Assembly: GCA_013239625.1 (NCBI GenBank) | Contig: MU054323.1 | Coordinates: 62,001 to 126,000, forward strand | Origin: Lama guanicoe | Lineage: Eukaryota | Length of the DNA: 64,000 nt | Direction of reading: 5' to 3' | Translations under genes and position numbers: made by a program | The notes under the pieces: generated by a model | The model's database searches: none | Told to the model about the DNA's origin: nothing | What the model saw: only the letters and a program-made list of their open reading frames with translations | In this document: piece after piece, positions 34,720 through 48,697 of the stretch | Layout of the letters: each line of letters opens with the position of its first letter | Numbering within the stretch: position 1 is the first letter of the stretch

Positions 34720-34960
34720 AATGGCTAACGTGAGCTGACCCGTCCCTAGGTACCAGGGATTATTCTAAGTGTTTACTCATCCTAACTCAGTTAATCCTCA
34801 TAACCCCAGAAGATAGGGGTTTCCCAATTACAGGGGTTTTCTATTAGTGTTTCCATTTCACAGATGAGAAAATTGAGGCACCAAGAGGTTAGTGATTTGC
34901 TCACGATCACCTGACTGGTAAGCAGTGGAGCCAGGATTTGAAGGCAGTTGCTTATCCACT
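34720..34960. mobile_element. MIR SINE
   Basis: ccatttcacagatgagaaaattgaggcac...gaggttagtgatttgctcacgatcac...ggagccaggatttgaa. Confidence 0.8.
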
Positions 34961-36759
34961 GTGCCTTGTGCTGCCCTGAGTCCCTGCTGCTGGGACGGCG
35001 TGGCTGTGGTGCCGGCTGGGAGGCCTCCCCACCTTCCCTGTGCCTGTCAGATTCCACCCAGCACCAGGGATCTGAGTCACTCTCACCTCCTTCATGGGGG
35101 CAAGAGAACACCATGTTTTTGAATAACAACCACGAGCCAGAGATTTTGCATTCAGCCTCATGTAACAGCCAACACGCTCTTTTTTGGCAGATAAGGAATC
35201 CAAGTTTCAGAAAGGTTAAGTCCAAATCCGCAGGTTGAGTCGGTTTCCAGAACCTGTGCTCTGCTCTAGGAAGCATTCTGATGCTTTACTCTTGTTCTTG
35301 CCTGTATACCTTAGATAGCTCTGAATTTTTCAAAACTGTTTCATGACTTCCCTCCCCTTCTATGTCTTCAAGTGGATCAATAATCCTTCTAGTAGAAGGT
35401 TTCTGGGCTATGCCCCCTTTTCCCTTCCTGCAGTGTACATAGTGGGCCTATGACAATTACTGATCAGTTTATTTTTGTGCTATGGGGGCACCTATCGACT
35501 CACCTGACAACCCCAACAATGCTACTGTGCAGACTGAGACCCAGAACGGAAAGGCCCCTGGTGACTTCTAACCCTAAACAGGAATTGTTATTCCAGGGTC
35601 TCATTCAGGACAGGATGGGAGACCAGGACCACTTGCAATAGGAAAATACAGCTTTAAAATTCTGCAGGAAAATCTTGACCAAGACAGGAGCCGGATTTTG
35701 AACATATGGGGCCCAGTGCTCTGTTTCCTATGGTTGAGGTTTCAGTGTTCTGGGGGGACCCATCCTTGCAGAGAAATATGTGAATTCATCATGGTTATTT
35801 TTGTAGCATGGAGGCTGGCGAACTTCGAAGTCAGGAACTTTCTGCCTTTGCAGTTCTCGGTTATTTGAGGCTGGATGACTCACTTTGTGTAACATCCTCT
35901 TGTTTTCCGCCTTTTCCTCCCATGGGCCCCCTCCTACCTGAGAAGATTGGCAGGGGCAGGGAGGGTTATGAAACTTGAGCCGCTGTTGACAACTTCTTTT
36001 CAGTTTTGTTAACATTTGCTGGGAAGCCGTCTTGATCTCCTCTTCTCTTCCCCTCCCCCCATCCCGGGCAGGTCACTTCCTCTTCAGTGCCTCCACCCCG
36101 AACCCTTTGTTCTTTCCTTTATTATAACATTTATATTCCTACGTTTTATTTACCTGCTTTCATGTCAGTGTCTCTTCCTAGGTAGTGTAGATCCTTTACC
36201 GCAGGTCTGATTTCAGTTTCCTCAGTGCCTGGATCAGTGTCTGACCCAGAGAAGGTGATTCAGTAACCACTCACTGAGTTGGAAAGAAGGAAGGATGAGA
36301 GGAAGGAAGGGAAGGGAAGGAAATGGAGGGAGGGAGGGAGGATAGATGGATAAATAGCTTATCACAAGAAATTTCTATGGAGGAATTTCGGACATCAGCT
36401 AGCAAAATAAGAAGTTAGGATTTGCTAGCGACTTCATTTTTATTTTTTGGACAGGAGATCTGCGTATCCTGAGTATAAGACCGGAGAAGTAGACAGGCTC
36501 GGAGCCTCACTTTCCTCTTTAAGAAGGGTTTATGTTTTTCTGACTGAAGCTGTGCAGGCTTAACCCAGAGCCACCCGGTTACTCTAGGAGGAAATTCTCA
36601 CTGTCCTCTGCTCTGCCAGGTCATCCTGAGACGCAGCAGTCACATCTACCGTGTGGCAGGCAGAGGCACCGTGCTTTGCATTTTTCTGTCTCTACACCTC
36701 TGCAAGGCAAGAATACTTATTTTCCTCCAAGGAAACAAAGGTTCGAAGAGGTGATAATT

Positions 36760-37470
36760 CAATGATAATAGTTGGAAACTTTAATACCCCACTTTTAACA
36801 ATGGATAGTACAACTAACTAGATAGATGATGAACAAGGAAATAGAAGACTTGAACAACACCATAAACTAACTAGAAAAAACAGGCATCTCTAGAACACAC
36901 CACCCAACAACCGAACACACATTCTTCTCAAGGGCACATGGAATGTTCTACATGATAGACCACATACTGGGCCATAAAACAAGCCTGAATACATTGAAAA
37001 AGACTGAAATTGTATCAGATATGTTCTTCAACCACAATGGAAGGAAAGTAGAAATTAATAACAGCAAGAACATATATGTGGAAATTAAACAACATAATAC
37101 TAAACAACCAACGAGTCAAAGAAGAAGTCAAAGGGGAAATTAGAAAACACTTTGAGATGAATGAAAATGGAAACACATTGTGGGAAATCTTATGGGATGT
37201 GGGTAAAGCGGTGCTTGGAGGGAAATTTATAGCTCTGAGTGACTGTCTTAAAAAGGAAGACAGATCTCAATATAGATAGATACCCTGTCCATCTACTTGA
37301 AGGCATTGAGAAGAAAAACAGAGAGAGAAAACTAAACACAAAGCAAGCAGAAAGAAGGAAATAATAAAGACCAGAGTGGACATTAGTGAAACAGAAAATA
37401 GAAAAACAACAGGGGAAATTAACAGAGCCAAAAGTCAGTTTTTTGAAAAGATCAACAAAGGTGACATCTT
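36760..37470 (+). mobile_element. L1 ORF2 endonuclease-region fragment, degraded
   Basis: ORFs 36943..37143 (IDHILGHKTSLN) and 37076..37279 (WKLNNIILNNQ...LWDVGKAVLGGKFIAL) are L1 ORF2-like. Confidence 0.9.
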
Positions 37471-38959
37471 AGCTAGAGAGAGGTGAGGTGATTCTAGTGA
37501 GACTCCAGGAGTGAATGGCTGTGGTCCAACAGACAGTAGGACTCTAAGACTCTGATGAGCATCTCCAGGCCAGGAGCCCACCTGGTGGTCTGTGCATCCC
37601 CAGTGCCTCGCTCGGTGCCTGACACACGCAGGGGCTCAGGAAATGTTTGCTAAACTAAAATGGAAAGTAAGCCTCCTCCCCACCCTGAGCCAACCATCTG
37701 TGTGAGATGATAAATTATGCTTCCAAGGCAGATCGGGCTGAATTGCACTATTTCTGATGAGAAACGCTGAAAACAGCAAACTGCTTGTCCTTGAAAATAA
37801 GCCCTTCAGCTTCAGGGATTTGGCCCAGAAATGAACCGTGTTACAGCTCAGGCCCCAAGACTGAGTTTATTACCCTGGAGCCAGGGGTGATGGGGTTTCT
37901 GACCGGAGTGAGAAACTTGATCACCTTGACCTGGCCCCGGGTGCGGAGTGGGAGTGTGTGCTTGGCTGCCCGCTCCCCATCCTGGTTCCCACTCCTGGTG
38001 AGGGCTGGCCCAGCTCTCAGAGGGGGCAGCTGATCCCGGAGAGCCCCGGATACTGAGCCTGGTCCCCAGATTTTCAGATTAGGAGCAGGCGTGCAGTGAC
38101 GGCACCCCAGCAGAATCAGCCCAGGCTCTACATGGAGTCTAGCTTTCTGACACTTTAAAAGGGGTGTTGACTTTAATTAACCCAAGTGCATGGTGATATG
38201 TCCTGAACAGCTGTGGGGGGAAGGGGATCCCAGGTAGATTATATGCCTATTCAGACTGGAGTGACAGGGCCACCTGTCCTGGGGGGCAGGGCAGAGGCAG
38301 AGGGCCTTCACAAGCGGCCAGACGGCCTGCGACGTGAGGAAGGCAGGGTGCAGGCTGTTTGCCCATTTTTCAGAAGGACTAGATGAGGCCCCGGAAGTTG
38401 CCCGAGACTCAGCGCGGGTAGGGAAATGAATCCAGGTTTTGGACTCCCAGGTCTGCAGGTTCCTGGCTCCCCCTCATCGTGGGAGCCTGTTTGAGGGGCA
38501 CTATTCATGGTCCCCGTGAAGGATGTGTATGCGGTGTGCGCAGTGCGGGCGCAGGGAGGGCGCTGTGTTCCTTCGTCTGTGTGACTTCCCTGGCTTCTAT
38601 GCCACGGCACCCCCTTTCCTTAATTTAAAGATGACTCCTCTGGAAGCCCCAAATGTGGAACTGACCCTAAACTGAAAAGAAGATCCTTTTAGGGCAAGAG
38701 CTTTGTTCTTGTGAATTTTCTGCCTCACCAACCATGGGGAATGTGAGCGGGGTGGGGTGGGGTGGGGGGGAAGTCTGGTAAAGAAGCTGCTCATTCATTT
38801 CAAGGGGCCGAGAAGCTATTTTCAAGGAGAAAATTCTCCTCATTCTCTTGGCCTTTTGATCCACGCAGGCTCCGTGGCAGGAAGATGTGGAGGAATTACT
38901 CTGATCACCCAGAGCCTCCCACCTGCTGTCCCCGGGGGCGAGGGGACTGGAATTAACAT

Positions 38960-39006
38960 AATATGGAGATTTAAAATCAGGAAATATGGAGATTTAAAAT
39001 CAGGAA
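38960..39006. repeat. Perfect 23-bp tandem duplication
   Basis: atatggagatttaaaatcaggaa at 38961-38983 and 38984-39006. Confidence 0.95.
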
Positions 39007-39229
39007 AAGAATACCTTTTGTTTCCTAGAGAAAGTGATAAACTGGTCCTTGGATTTTGATCAGTTGTAAAACGTCTCTCTCGTCTCTCCTACATACCGGT
39101 GTCTTCAGAATATCTGGCACACAAGCACTATTCAAAGTGTTGGACCTACTTTAAAATTTTTCATTTTATAATTAAAATAAAAGAAACACCTACTAATAAT
39201 ACATATTAGTATAAAAAATTGGTGCTAGA

Positions 39230-39640
39230 TCAGTTAGAATTACGCTGAATTACATACAGGGGTGCACTCAAAATAATGGTGGCTTAAACACAAAGTATTT
39301 ATTTGTTTACTAATTCATTTATTTTAAATATAAAAAAGATGTGGAGGCAGGCAGTTTGGAGCTGAGGTAGTTGGTCCTTCACCATCAGAGACAAAGGTCC
39401 CTTCTGTTCTGCCAGGCTTAGTTCATAGCTTCCATTCACAAAGATGCCTCATGATCTTGGCTTGCTGCTAGGGCTCCAGCCATTACATCTGCACTTAGAA
39501 TAGCAGAAAGAGGGGAAAAAGGGAGGGATGAAAGGTGCTCTCTACCTGGTTTTAAAGAATCTTTCCAGACGTTTGACCCTACAACTTCTATTTACATCTC
39601 ATTAGCCAGAACTGCAAGGGAATCTGTGAGGGAGGCTAGA
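39230..39640. mobile_element. MaLR (MLT1-like) solo LTR
   Basis: ggtggcttaaacaca..., ctccagccattacatctgc, acttctatttacatctcattagccagaact. Confidence 0.65.
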
Positions 39641-39650
39641 ACACATAGGG

Positions 39651-39740
39651 TTCCTTCCTTCCTTCCTTCCTTCCTTCTTCTTCTTTTCCCTTCCTTCATT
39701 CCTTCCTCCCTCCCTTCCTTCCCTTTCTCTTTCTTTTTCG
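39651..39740. repeat. (CCTT)n / pyrimidine-rich microsatellite
   Basis: ttccttccttcc... run. Confidence 0.9.
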
Positions 39741-40269
39741 ACTTCTGTGCCTGAGCCAGAATGGAAAGTTGGACACTGGTGAGGCAACTAACACCCTGTG
39801 CAACATACACTTTATATATTTGATGGCGGAGTTACGTGAATCTGGCAGTCAGTTTGTCTCATCAGTTCTGTCATTCGTCAGTCATTTCCCCTTCGTCTAC
39901 CTGCTTGTGGCATGCACACATAAATGATTAATACCCAGGTCTTTTTCTCCTCCTGTGTGGGAGATAGACAACTAGACAGAGTACAAGCAGTAGGACCCAC
40001 AAGTGTGACAAGAGAGGGAACATGGAGGGCACGGGCCTGGGGCGGAGGGTTCAGGGAAGGCTTCTAGGTGGAGGTGACAGTGGTAAGTTTTGAAGGATGA
40101 TTAGAAGTTAGTATTTCAAGATAGGATGTTGATTTATTTAAATGAATGTGCATCAACCAGTCCTCTACACCAGCCTGCACCATAGCAACAACAAAAAGCC
40201 TTGGAAATATCCTCTGAGCAATTCCTGCTTCACTCAGATGGTATGAAGAGACAATGAGAAATTAGATAC

Positions 40270-40800
40270 GGATCAGTTAGGAACCTCCTGATTCCAAGTG
40301 ACAGAAAATTCAATTCAAACTGCTTAAGCCTAAAAGGGGATGTACCAGCCTACATAACCCAGAGGCCCCGACTCAGAGTGGCCTGCAACAGGACTCGATC
40401 CAGAGGCGCACGGGGTGGCAACGAGCCTTGGTTTCTCTGCACTCCTTGGCTCTGCTATTTTCTGGGTTGGCTTCATTCTCAGGCTGCATATGGTGACCCC
40501 TGATGGTCCAGGCTCTGAGTCTCTGAGTCCAGCCAAAGCAGAGAGCTGCTCTTGCACAAGAGCCAGATATAGTATGATGATCTGAACAGTGAAGATTCTG
40601 TACCCACTCACGACCAGTTACTGTGGCTGGGGTATTTGGTACATGATTGGCCAGACCTAGGTCATGTGCTTGCTGCATCCAGAACTCACAGCCCCACCAG
40701 AAACAAATGGGATGAGGAAGAAAGATGGTTCCCCAAAGGAAGTTGGAGCCCTGTGATTGGAAGGAAGGGGTGTGAAGATCAAACATCAAATATCCACTAC
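40270..40800. mobile_element. MaLR (MLT1-like) solo LTR
   Basis: caagtgacagaaaattcaattcaaactgcttaagc, ggcttcattctcaggc, tgattggccagacctaggtcatgtgc. Confidence 0.65.
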
Positions 40801-42659
40801 AGACAGACCTTGGTAGGTATGGAATGTATTGGTCAGGACATGCACTGATGAAAATGATGTGGTTCAAAGAGGTTAGGTAACTTAGCCAGCATCCGGGGCT
40901 GGTGAGCAAGTTGTGATTCAAGACCTGGTTTCTTTGACTGCAAAGCTGAAGGTCTTTGTCAGTCACTACTACCTCCCACCTCCCATAACGGGACTCCATT
41001 CACGCCCACGGCTTCGTGGTTTGTCTGACCTGCCCGCATTCAGCAGAGTTCTTGGCCAGGGCAGCCATGGTCAGCCAGCTTCTGGTTTATACAGGCCATT
41101 GATACATTATTTTTGATGAATAAATGAAGACTGTCCTCCATCTCTGCTGGAAACTGTAGTGCTGGGTGTGGGGCTGATGATTGCAAGTTTGTTTGAAAAT
41201 CTGGGAATTGGGGAAGAGATCAGAAAGTGAAATGGGGTTTGAGTCTTGAGGGACCAGTAGGTGTTGATCAGGGAAAAAGGGTTTTTCATTTTACTTTCCA
41301 AACAACACGGTGAGCTGGTGTCCATCCGTTTCTGTCCATGGACCTCTTCGGCGAGGCTGCGTTACCCCTAGTCCCTGATCAGGGGAGCAGTGCCAGGCTG
41401 CCCTTTGACCCGAGTGGACAGAGTTCTGTCAGGGGCAGAGCCTGCCTCCCAGAGGTGGCGGTTAGTTCACTGGGGGTTCTTCTGGGACTGGAATGTTCTC
41501 TGGGGGTAGGTTAAGGTCCCTTTACCCTGAAAACACTCTCTAAGTGGCCAATATACCGCCAGGAGCAACTTCACATCAGCAATGGGGACCCATCCAGGCT
41601 AGTGCCGGCGGGCAGTCAAGGACGAGCCTGCTGCTGCTGGGAGCTGGGGGATGCCTCAGGGCAGGGTGACCGCACGTCCCGTGGGATGGGAGTGACTTAC
41701 CCCATAGAGACCCAGAGCCTGGTCGCTTTGCTCAGGGAAATTTGCTTTAGAAACTCGAGGAAGGAAAAGCTAACCTGACCTCTGCCTGAGTTTCCCGCCC
41801 CCTGCACACTGGACAAAATCACTGGGATGGTCTGTGCTGCTCCCCTGGGGCGCTTTTTGTTTCTTATGATTTTGGTCTGTTCAAGACCTGAGGTCAGGCA
41901 GACTGTACCCCACGTACTCAGGCCCTAAACTCCCTAAACCCAGAGCTAACAGATCCCCGATTCTCCTCAGAAAGGGGCTCAGCGTGGATGGAGCCGAGCC
42001 ACACCGTTACTTGGCTTCATGCTCAGGTTCCTGGGGGACAGGCACTCCTTGCCCTGCCAGCACTGAGCCCCCTGCACACGGAGGCTCCTCAGGGACAAGC
42101 CCAGCCTGCCCTGTGTGGCCTGGCAGGTGGCTGGGCTGGGTAGGCTGTTCAGCGGCAGCGTTGAGCACAGCGGGGAAAGGGTTTTATTAGAGAACTGGCT
42201 GAGGAGGAGTGAGGGCAGTGACAGGACAGCAGAGGGTCTTCTCTGGAACCCAGGCTGCACTTCCTCCCCACTCGGGTTGTCTGCGCCCCACTCCCCAGCT
42301 GACCCAAGCTCTGTGATTTCCGCACCAAGGGCTCTGCCAGGCCCACCCCACGTGAGGCTGTGGAGGCCCCGGGACCCCCACAGGATGCCCTGCCCCACCA
42401 GAAACAGGATACCCGGCCGGGGACCCCTGAGAGGAGACCAGGGCCAGGAAACGCTTCTTCCTGCTGCAGGGACAGCTCAATGACCTGGAAAGGTGTGGGC
42501 CAGAATGCTTGCATTTCCAGGGTGACATCACCTCTGGGGTGGACCCGAAGCTCGGCACCTTGGGCTCAATGAGTGTGCACGGTCCAAACTGTCCGAAGGG
42601 AGACTCTGCGTACAGACACGCACACCTTGCACTATGGGCTCACCACTGGAAGAATGCCT

Positions 42660-43270
42660 GGAACCACAGAATCTCAGCTCAAAGATGCTGGAAAGGAGAA
42701 GGATTCAGCCCTCCACTGCGCAGGCACCCTCTCCAGCCTTCCACGTGGCATTTGCTCATCTCGGCTGCATGCCTCTGGGGATGGGAAACACACTCTGTGT
42801 GGGGCCATGGTGTCACTGCTGGACTAGTTCCAACTCTGTGTTGAAATGTGGATTCTTGTCATTCTCTCCAGTGCTCTTCACACCCTCCGTCACCCACCTC
42901 CCCTCCCCAAGCCAGATAAATCTCCCTCTACTTCAAGTCCTTTAGAAATACATCCCCCTGGGCTTCTCTCCAGACCAAAGAGCCAACACCCCTTCAACTC
43001 TCACCCTTTAGTGTGATGTCAAGGGCCGCCTTGCCCTGGTCACTGCTCTGAAAATGTTCCAGTAATAAGAAGTGGAATCTAGGCCTGTGGAATGCTCTAA
43101 GTAGGGTCTGGCTGGTGTGGAATGAAGCAGGGTCCTCACCTCCTCGGAATTGGATGTTTGACCTCTAGTAATATAGCCTCAGGGCGCCTGAAGTGTTGAC
43201 AGCTCTCAAGTCTTAGGAGCAGCTCAGCTGCCATTGGATCATCCTCTTCTTGGACAATAATTGGCATCTT
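42660..43270 (-). mobile_element. L3/CR1 LINE remnant
   Basis: cacagaatctcag...ctggaaagg, ggggatgggaaacacactc, ctctagtaatatagcctc resemble an antisense CR1 3' region. Confidence 0.5.
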
Positions 43271-46200
43271 AGGCCCAAATCTGTGGCTTACTCTGTTGGA
43301 GATGACAGTGCTGCTCCCAGCACGTCAAGGGCCCCATGGCTCTCATCCTCCTGAATTATTTTGGTTTTCACCTTGTGAAGGACCACGGTTCTGACCATCT
43401 GATCTCTGGGTTACCTTTCCTGGGAGACGCCGGAGCCGTGTCTGGCCGCCTCCCTCAGGGAGAGGGAAGGTCAGGGCTACCCCGGACCCCCGGCCTCCTC
43501 TTCCCTCCCCGCCCGTCAGAGCCTGCTGTCCCGTGTAGGACGTGAACTTGATTCTCTAGTATTTTTTTCTCTCTCTCCATTTTCATATGTTGCCTCTGTC
43601 TCTCCCAGCTCAGTCCCACGTGGCCTGTCACCCATTCACTCAAGCACCTCCGCTGGGCCTAGCTCCCTGCCTGTGCTTGAAGGTGGGGCTGGGCCTGTCT
43701 CTCCCTGTAGCAGCTCCACAGGGAGGGCACACAGTTAGAGGCGGTGTAGCCCCCGGGAAAGCCCGGAAAGCTGACCGGGAAGGGCAGGAGGGATCGTCTG
43801 GGCCACCACTTCCGCTCAGCAGGGAGTTAAAGACAGACCTGAGTCTTGACACAAAACCGGGCTATGAGTGAACCAACAGGGACCACATTCTCAGGACTGC
43901 TGGGCACGCATGTGTGTTGTGCCCTGTACAAGTGTGCGAAGCCCAGGACGTGGCGGCTGGGAGCAAAGTCCTCCCACAGTTGGGGGGCAGCCTGTCTAAA
44001 TTTCCACCCTGGGCTCCGCGTGCCCCACTATCTCCCTTCGGCACCGTGGGCCCTGATTTGAGGGTTGGTGGCGGTTCCATGGCACCCACTTTGCCACGTC
44101 TGCGATGCCTTTGCTTTTCCTCCCTGTTAAAACAGACTGACCTCCCAGGCGGGGCCCCGGCCAGCTCTCCGGCTCGCCGGCGAGGCTTCTCTGCGCCTGG
44201 ACACCTCGTCCCCTCCTAAAGCATCCATCAGCCACGATTGTTGAGAACTCTGACCAGGCGCTGCTGCTGCTGCTGCTCACGTGGCCTGATGCTCTGAAGT
44301 CTGACCAGGTCGGGAGTCCTCCTTGTCTTCCTGCGCGGGACTGGGGTCCGGGGGCTTGGGAACACCGCAGACCCGGGGCAGACTTAGAGCCAAAGGCCAG
44401 TCCACCAGCGTGGGCTGCCCGTGGCCCTTGGCAGGGGGGCTGGCTGACTTGCCACCTTGAAAGAACCCCCCACGAATCTCTCTTTCATTTAACTAAAGAC
44501 AACTAGAAACTGGGGCCAATGTTTAGGGACCAGGCTATTGTCACAGGGCTAGTTTTCCTGACTGAATAGAAACAACAATGGCAGGTACCTTTCAGTGAAT
44601 GCCGTCTCTAAACCAGAGACTTGGACTCATTGTCTATTTTTTTTTTATTATCTATTTTTATTGACCCCAGATCTCTTCCAAAGAGGCCATACCACCTCCA
44701 CTTTACAAATGGGGAGTTACCAAAAAATGCCCGCAGAGCCTCTCAATTGGTCAGTACGGGCCTGGGCTTAGAGCTTTGGTGTGTCTGACTCAGAGCTGTG
44801 TTCTTCCTGCCCCACTGCTCTGCCTGCCTGGAAATGATACGGAAAAGCGTCCTTCGCCTCCCACCTCTGCCCCTTCTGCCTGCCCACTGGGGCCGTAAGT
44901 CAGGCCCCACCGCTTTGTCGGGGGCCGGGATGTCATGGGAGACCCACGGGGTGGGGGTGGGATGGCCGCACTAAATGCGCTCCGCGCTCGGGCCAGAGAT
45001 CAAACAGGCCAGCAGCCAGCGCCGTGGCCCCGTAAATCACCCCAATCACCCCTCAGAGAGGAGCAGTTCCAAATGACCAGCGAACTCAGACACTCCCACA
45101 GACATTCAACACCACCCTCGGGTCCTCCCTGCTGCCCCTCGGGGGGTGTGCCTCCCACACCCTGGGAACCCAGACCCCGCGTCCTCCCAGGCCTCATCTC
45201 CCAGTTTGGGATCTTCTGCGGCCCAGCTTTGGATCGGGTCCCGGCAGTAATTAACCCTTGCACGTGGCCTGTGAAGTTGGTGTGGAGTGACCACCCCAGG
45301 TTCCAAACCTGTGGCCACGTCCTGGCTGTGTGATGGGAGACACATCGCAAGCTGAATCATCACCCTTTGTGGCACAGGGACTCAAAGAGGTCCCGAGGTC
45401 ATGCTGAGGTCGGGAGAGGAACTGGATGGGGTGCTGGACGCCACTGATGGGCGGTTGACACTTGGAAGGGGCGAACGCCCCACACCAGCCCTCCTCGGAA
45501 GTTTCTCACAGCCTTTGTCTCATTGAAACGTCACGACCCTCGGCGTAATAGGCATGACTGCCTCTGCTCTTTGAGGAATTAGCTTCCACAGTGAAGCTGA
45601 GGTCACTTGGCTCTAAGTGTCAGTCTCAGGACTTGAACCTGGCACTCTCCGACTCTCAATTCCCTCTTCTTTTCCTGCTTCATGGGTTACCTGTCTGTAA
45701 GAGATTTACGCCTAAAATCACTAATAAATTTCTGAACAACTTCCCCCCTAAAGTAATAGCGTTAATAGTGGTGCCTAATACTTTGAATTTCATTCCCTGT
45801 TCCGAGACCAAGTGGTTTTGCATCCATGCTCTGCAAGCGCGATGGGCGTCCCAGGAAGGGATCCATCAGTGACACCCATGCCTGACGACCGTGCCAGTTC
45901 GGGGTCCCCAGGAGAGGCATGGACGCTGTCACCTTCAGTGATGTGCTGTGGCTGCAGGTGGGGCATCAAGGTGACTGCACCAATAACCCTCCTTGACCTT
46001 CACACCTCCTGTGTGGCTCCAGTGGCTGAGTTTTGCAGGAACCAGAGCTGCACCCCCCGCCCCGGGAAGCCCAGGTCCCCAGCGGACCCCTCCCCACCCC
46101 GGGGCCTGCTTCTCATCTCCCAGCACCGTGGGCAGCAACCCTGCATCCTGTGAAAGCCGAAGAGGGAGGAATGTCACATGAAAGGTGCCCAAGGAGGCCT

Positions 46201-48697
46201 GGCCAGCGTCAGGCCCCCGATGGCAGGTGCCAGGTGGTTAGCATTAAGGGAGGGCGAGGGGGTTGGGCTGGGGGTTTGCTGGGAGGGAGCCGGTATGGAC
46301 TCTGGCGGCCCCCTTGGTCGCAGACACCAAGGAAGGCCTGTGGACCTCCTCTCCCTTCCTCTCCTCCCCGCCCACCTCTGCCTCATGCTGGCTTAACGGA
46401 TATGGTTCTCATGTGCACTGTCCTGAAGCCTCCCTGACCGGGCCTGTGGCCACGATGCTGCCACCACACTCTTCTCAAAACACAGTCTGAGCTTGTCACC
46501 TGCACCATGAGCCCTGCCTGACTGCCCGTGGCCTCCAGGCTCTATGGTCTGGTATCGAAGCCCCGACCACTCAGCCTCCCCTCTCTCCGGCACACGCCGC
46601 CCTCCAGTCCCCACGGAATCATCCACTGTTTTTGCGCTCCCAGCGCCCAGGGCTTCCAGCACATAACACGTTGCATGATTGGGTGGAAGGAAAGTGTGTC
46701 CAGCTTGGCCGGGAGCCCTGGTCCCCTCTCCCCCAACCTTAAACGAACAGGATGTTTCAGATTCACTTAATCCCTGAACACTTACGAAGTTTCATTATTC
46801 TCTTTTCCTTACTTTGAAACATTTTTGATGTTTTCGGAAATATGACATGAAACAAAAAAAGTAACCAGACTGCACCCCCATCCCGGGCTGTCCGTGCCCC
46901 GCTCCTCGGGGTGAAGCTCCTCTCATCCAGGTTTCTCCCCTATTCCTCCAAAACAAAAGCTCCCCCACCCCCACCCCACAGCCTCCCTTGATTTCCCCGC
47001 TCACTGTGACCGTCACTCTGCCCTCCCTCCCAGGCCGCCTTGGACCATTTGCTGCGCCCAGCCTCAATTCACACTCCCTTTCTCTCCGCCTTTGCTCTGG
47101 CCAGAGGCAGGTGGGCAGATGATGAGATCTGGCAGGAGCTGGAAAGATTTCATGGAGAGGGTGCACGGGTCGGTGAGGGAGGAGGGTGAGCCTTTAAGGT
47201 GAAAGAGTAGCCCTCATGCCCAAAACGAGGGATGTGGAATGAGTCGGGGAGAGGGCAGGGGCTTGGCCACCAGAGGCCAAGGAGGCCTTGGTTCTTGGGC
47301 AGTGGGAGCCACAACGTGATTTTAAGCAAGAATGACCCCCCTGTAATTTCCTGTTTTAGGAAGGTCATGCAGACAACTCTGCAGAGCATGAATTTGGAGA
47401 GGGAAGCGCGGAGACTGGAGAGAGAGGAGAGGGGCTGTGGCAACAGTCCAGGTGTGAGGTGGCAAAGGAGGATGCAAGGAACCTCTGGGAGGCATCCTCA
47501 GCTGGATGGTGTGGATAAAGGAGGGGGAGGGTCCAGGGTGCCTTCTCCGACCTTGTTGGCGTGACTGGGATGATGAGGAAGAACTCTGGGTGGAGAGACG
47601 ATCGATGCACTGACTTCGTTAAAGTCCCCCAAATTGTCCTTTCACAGGAATCTTCTAAGGGCGCTGTATGAAAATACACACTCTCAGGACCTACCGCAGA
47701 CCTAGGGAATCAGAATATTGGGGGAAGAGGGGCTGGAAATCTGTGTTTCAAAGTTCTCAGGATCAGAGGAGTTTTGGGGGGCAAAGCTCATGGGTCCCGG
47801 TACGCTATCTGATTTACACCAGGCTCTCTCTCTGCACCATGAGCCCCTCTAGCCGGCAGCTGCCTCTTCCTCATCTTTATTTCCCCAGAACCTGGTCCAC
47901 AGCCTGCCCACCACCCATGCCCAGTGTTTGTCGAACGAATGAGCTGGACTCCAAATCAAGATGGATTATCACTTCTCATAAACTGCAGTGAATTAGCAGT
48001 CATGCCTTTGGGGTTGGTTGGTCAGTCCTACTGCGTGATTTGTCCAAATTTGAACCAAAATTTCTCATTGCATCCCAGCCTCTGCTTATTAGCTTTGAAG
48101 GTTTCACTCCAGCATGGCTGGCCCATGGTCTCGGTGCTTTCAAGTGTGAACCACTAGGGGCTTCTACCTCTGGGTTAAGTTGAACAACAGTGAAAAATAA
48201 TTGTGCTCTCAGCCTCTCTCTCTCTCTCTTTTTTTTAATAAGAGAGGAAATGTTACCAATGGCAAGGTCTTCAAAAGTCCACTTCGCAAACTCAAAATTG
48301 ACTTGAAAGCACAGCCTTTCACTGGAGGCCAGGCTTGGTATGTTTCTTATTACACCGGTGACCCTCGCCCTGCAAACCCTTTGTAGATGGGTCTTTTTTC
48401 TAGACAACCCACTGATGAGCAAATGATCTAACAGATTTCACACCACATAAATTTAAGCCTAATAAATGCCTTCAAATTCAGAGCTCCTAATTCTGGGTTC
48501 AGAGAGGTAGTCCCTTTACAAAAGCAATTGTGTAGACAATTAATAAACCCCCACACAGCACAGGGAAAGAGTGAATTCTGTCCCCGTCCCCCGATCCCCT
48601 GTCCCAAAGCCAGTTCCTAATGATTAACTTTGGGAAATGCACATTTACCCCAGGGGGTACCTTGTTCGTGGTAAGGTCCTCTTAGCTGCAAACATAT

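Noticed and set aside
48151..48164. CTCF-like CCACTAGGGGC
   Set aside because: One G short of the core spacing, so the 3' half is misaligned.
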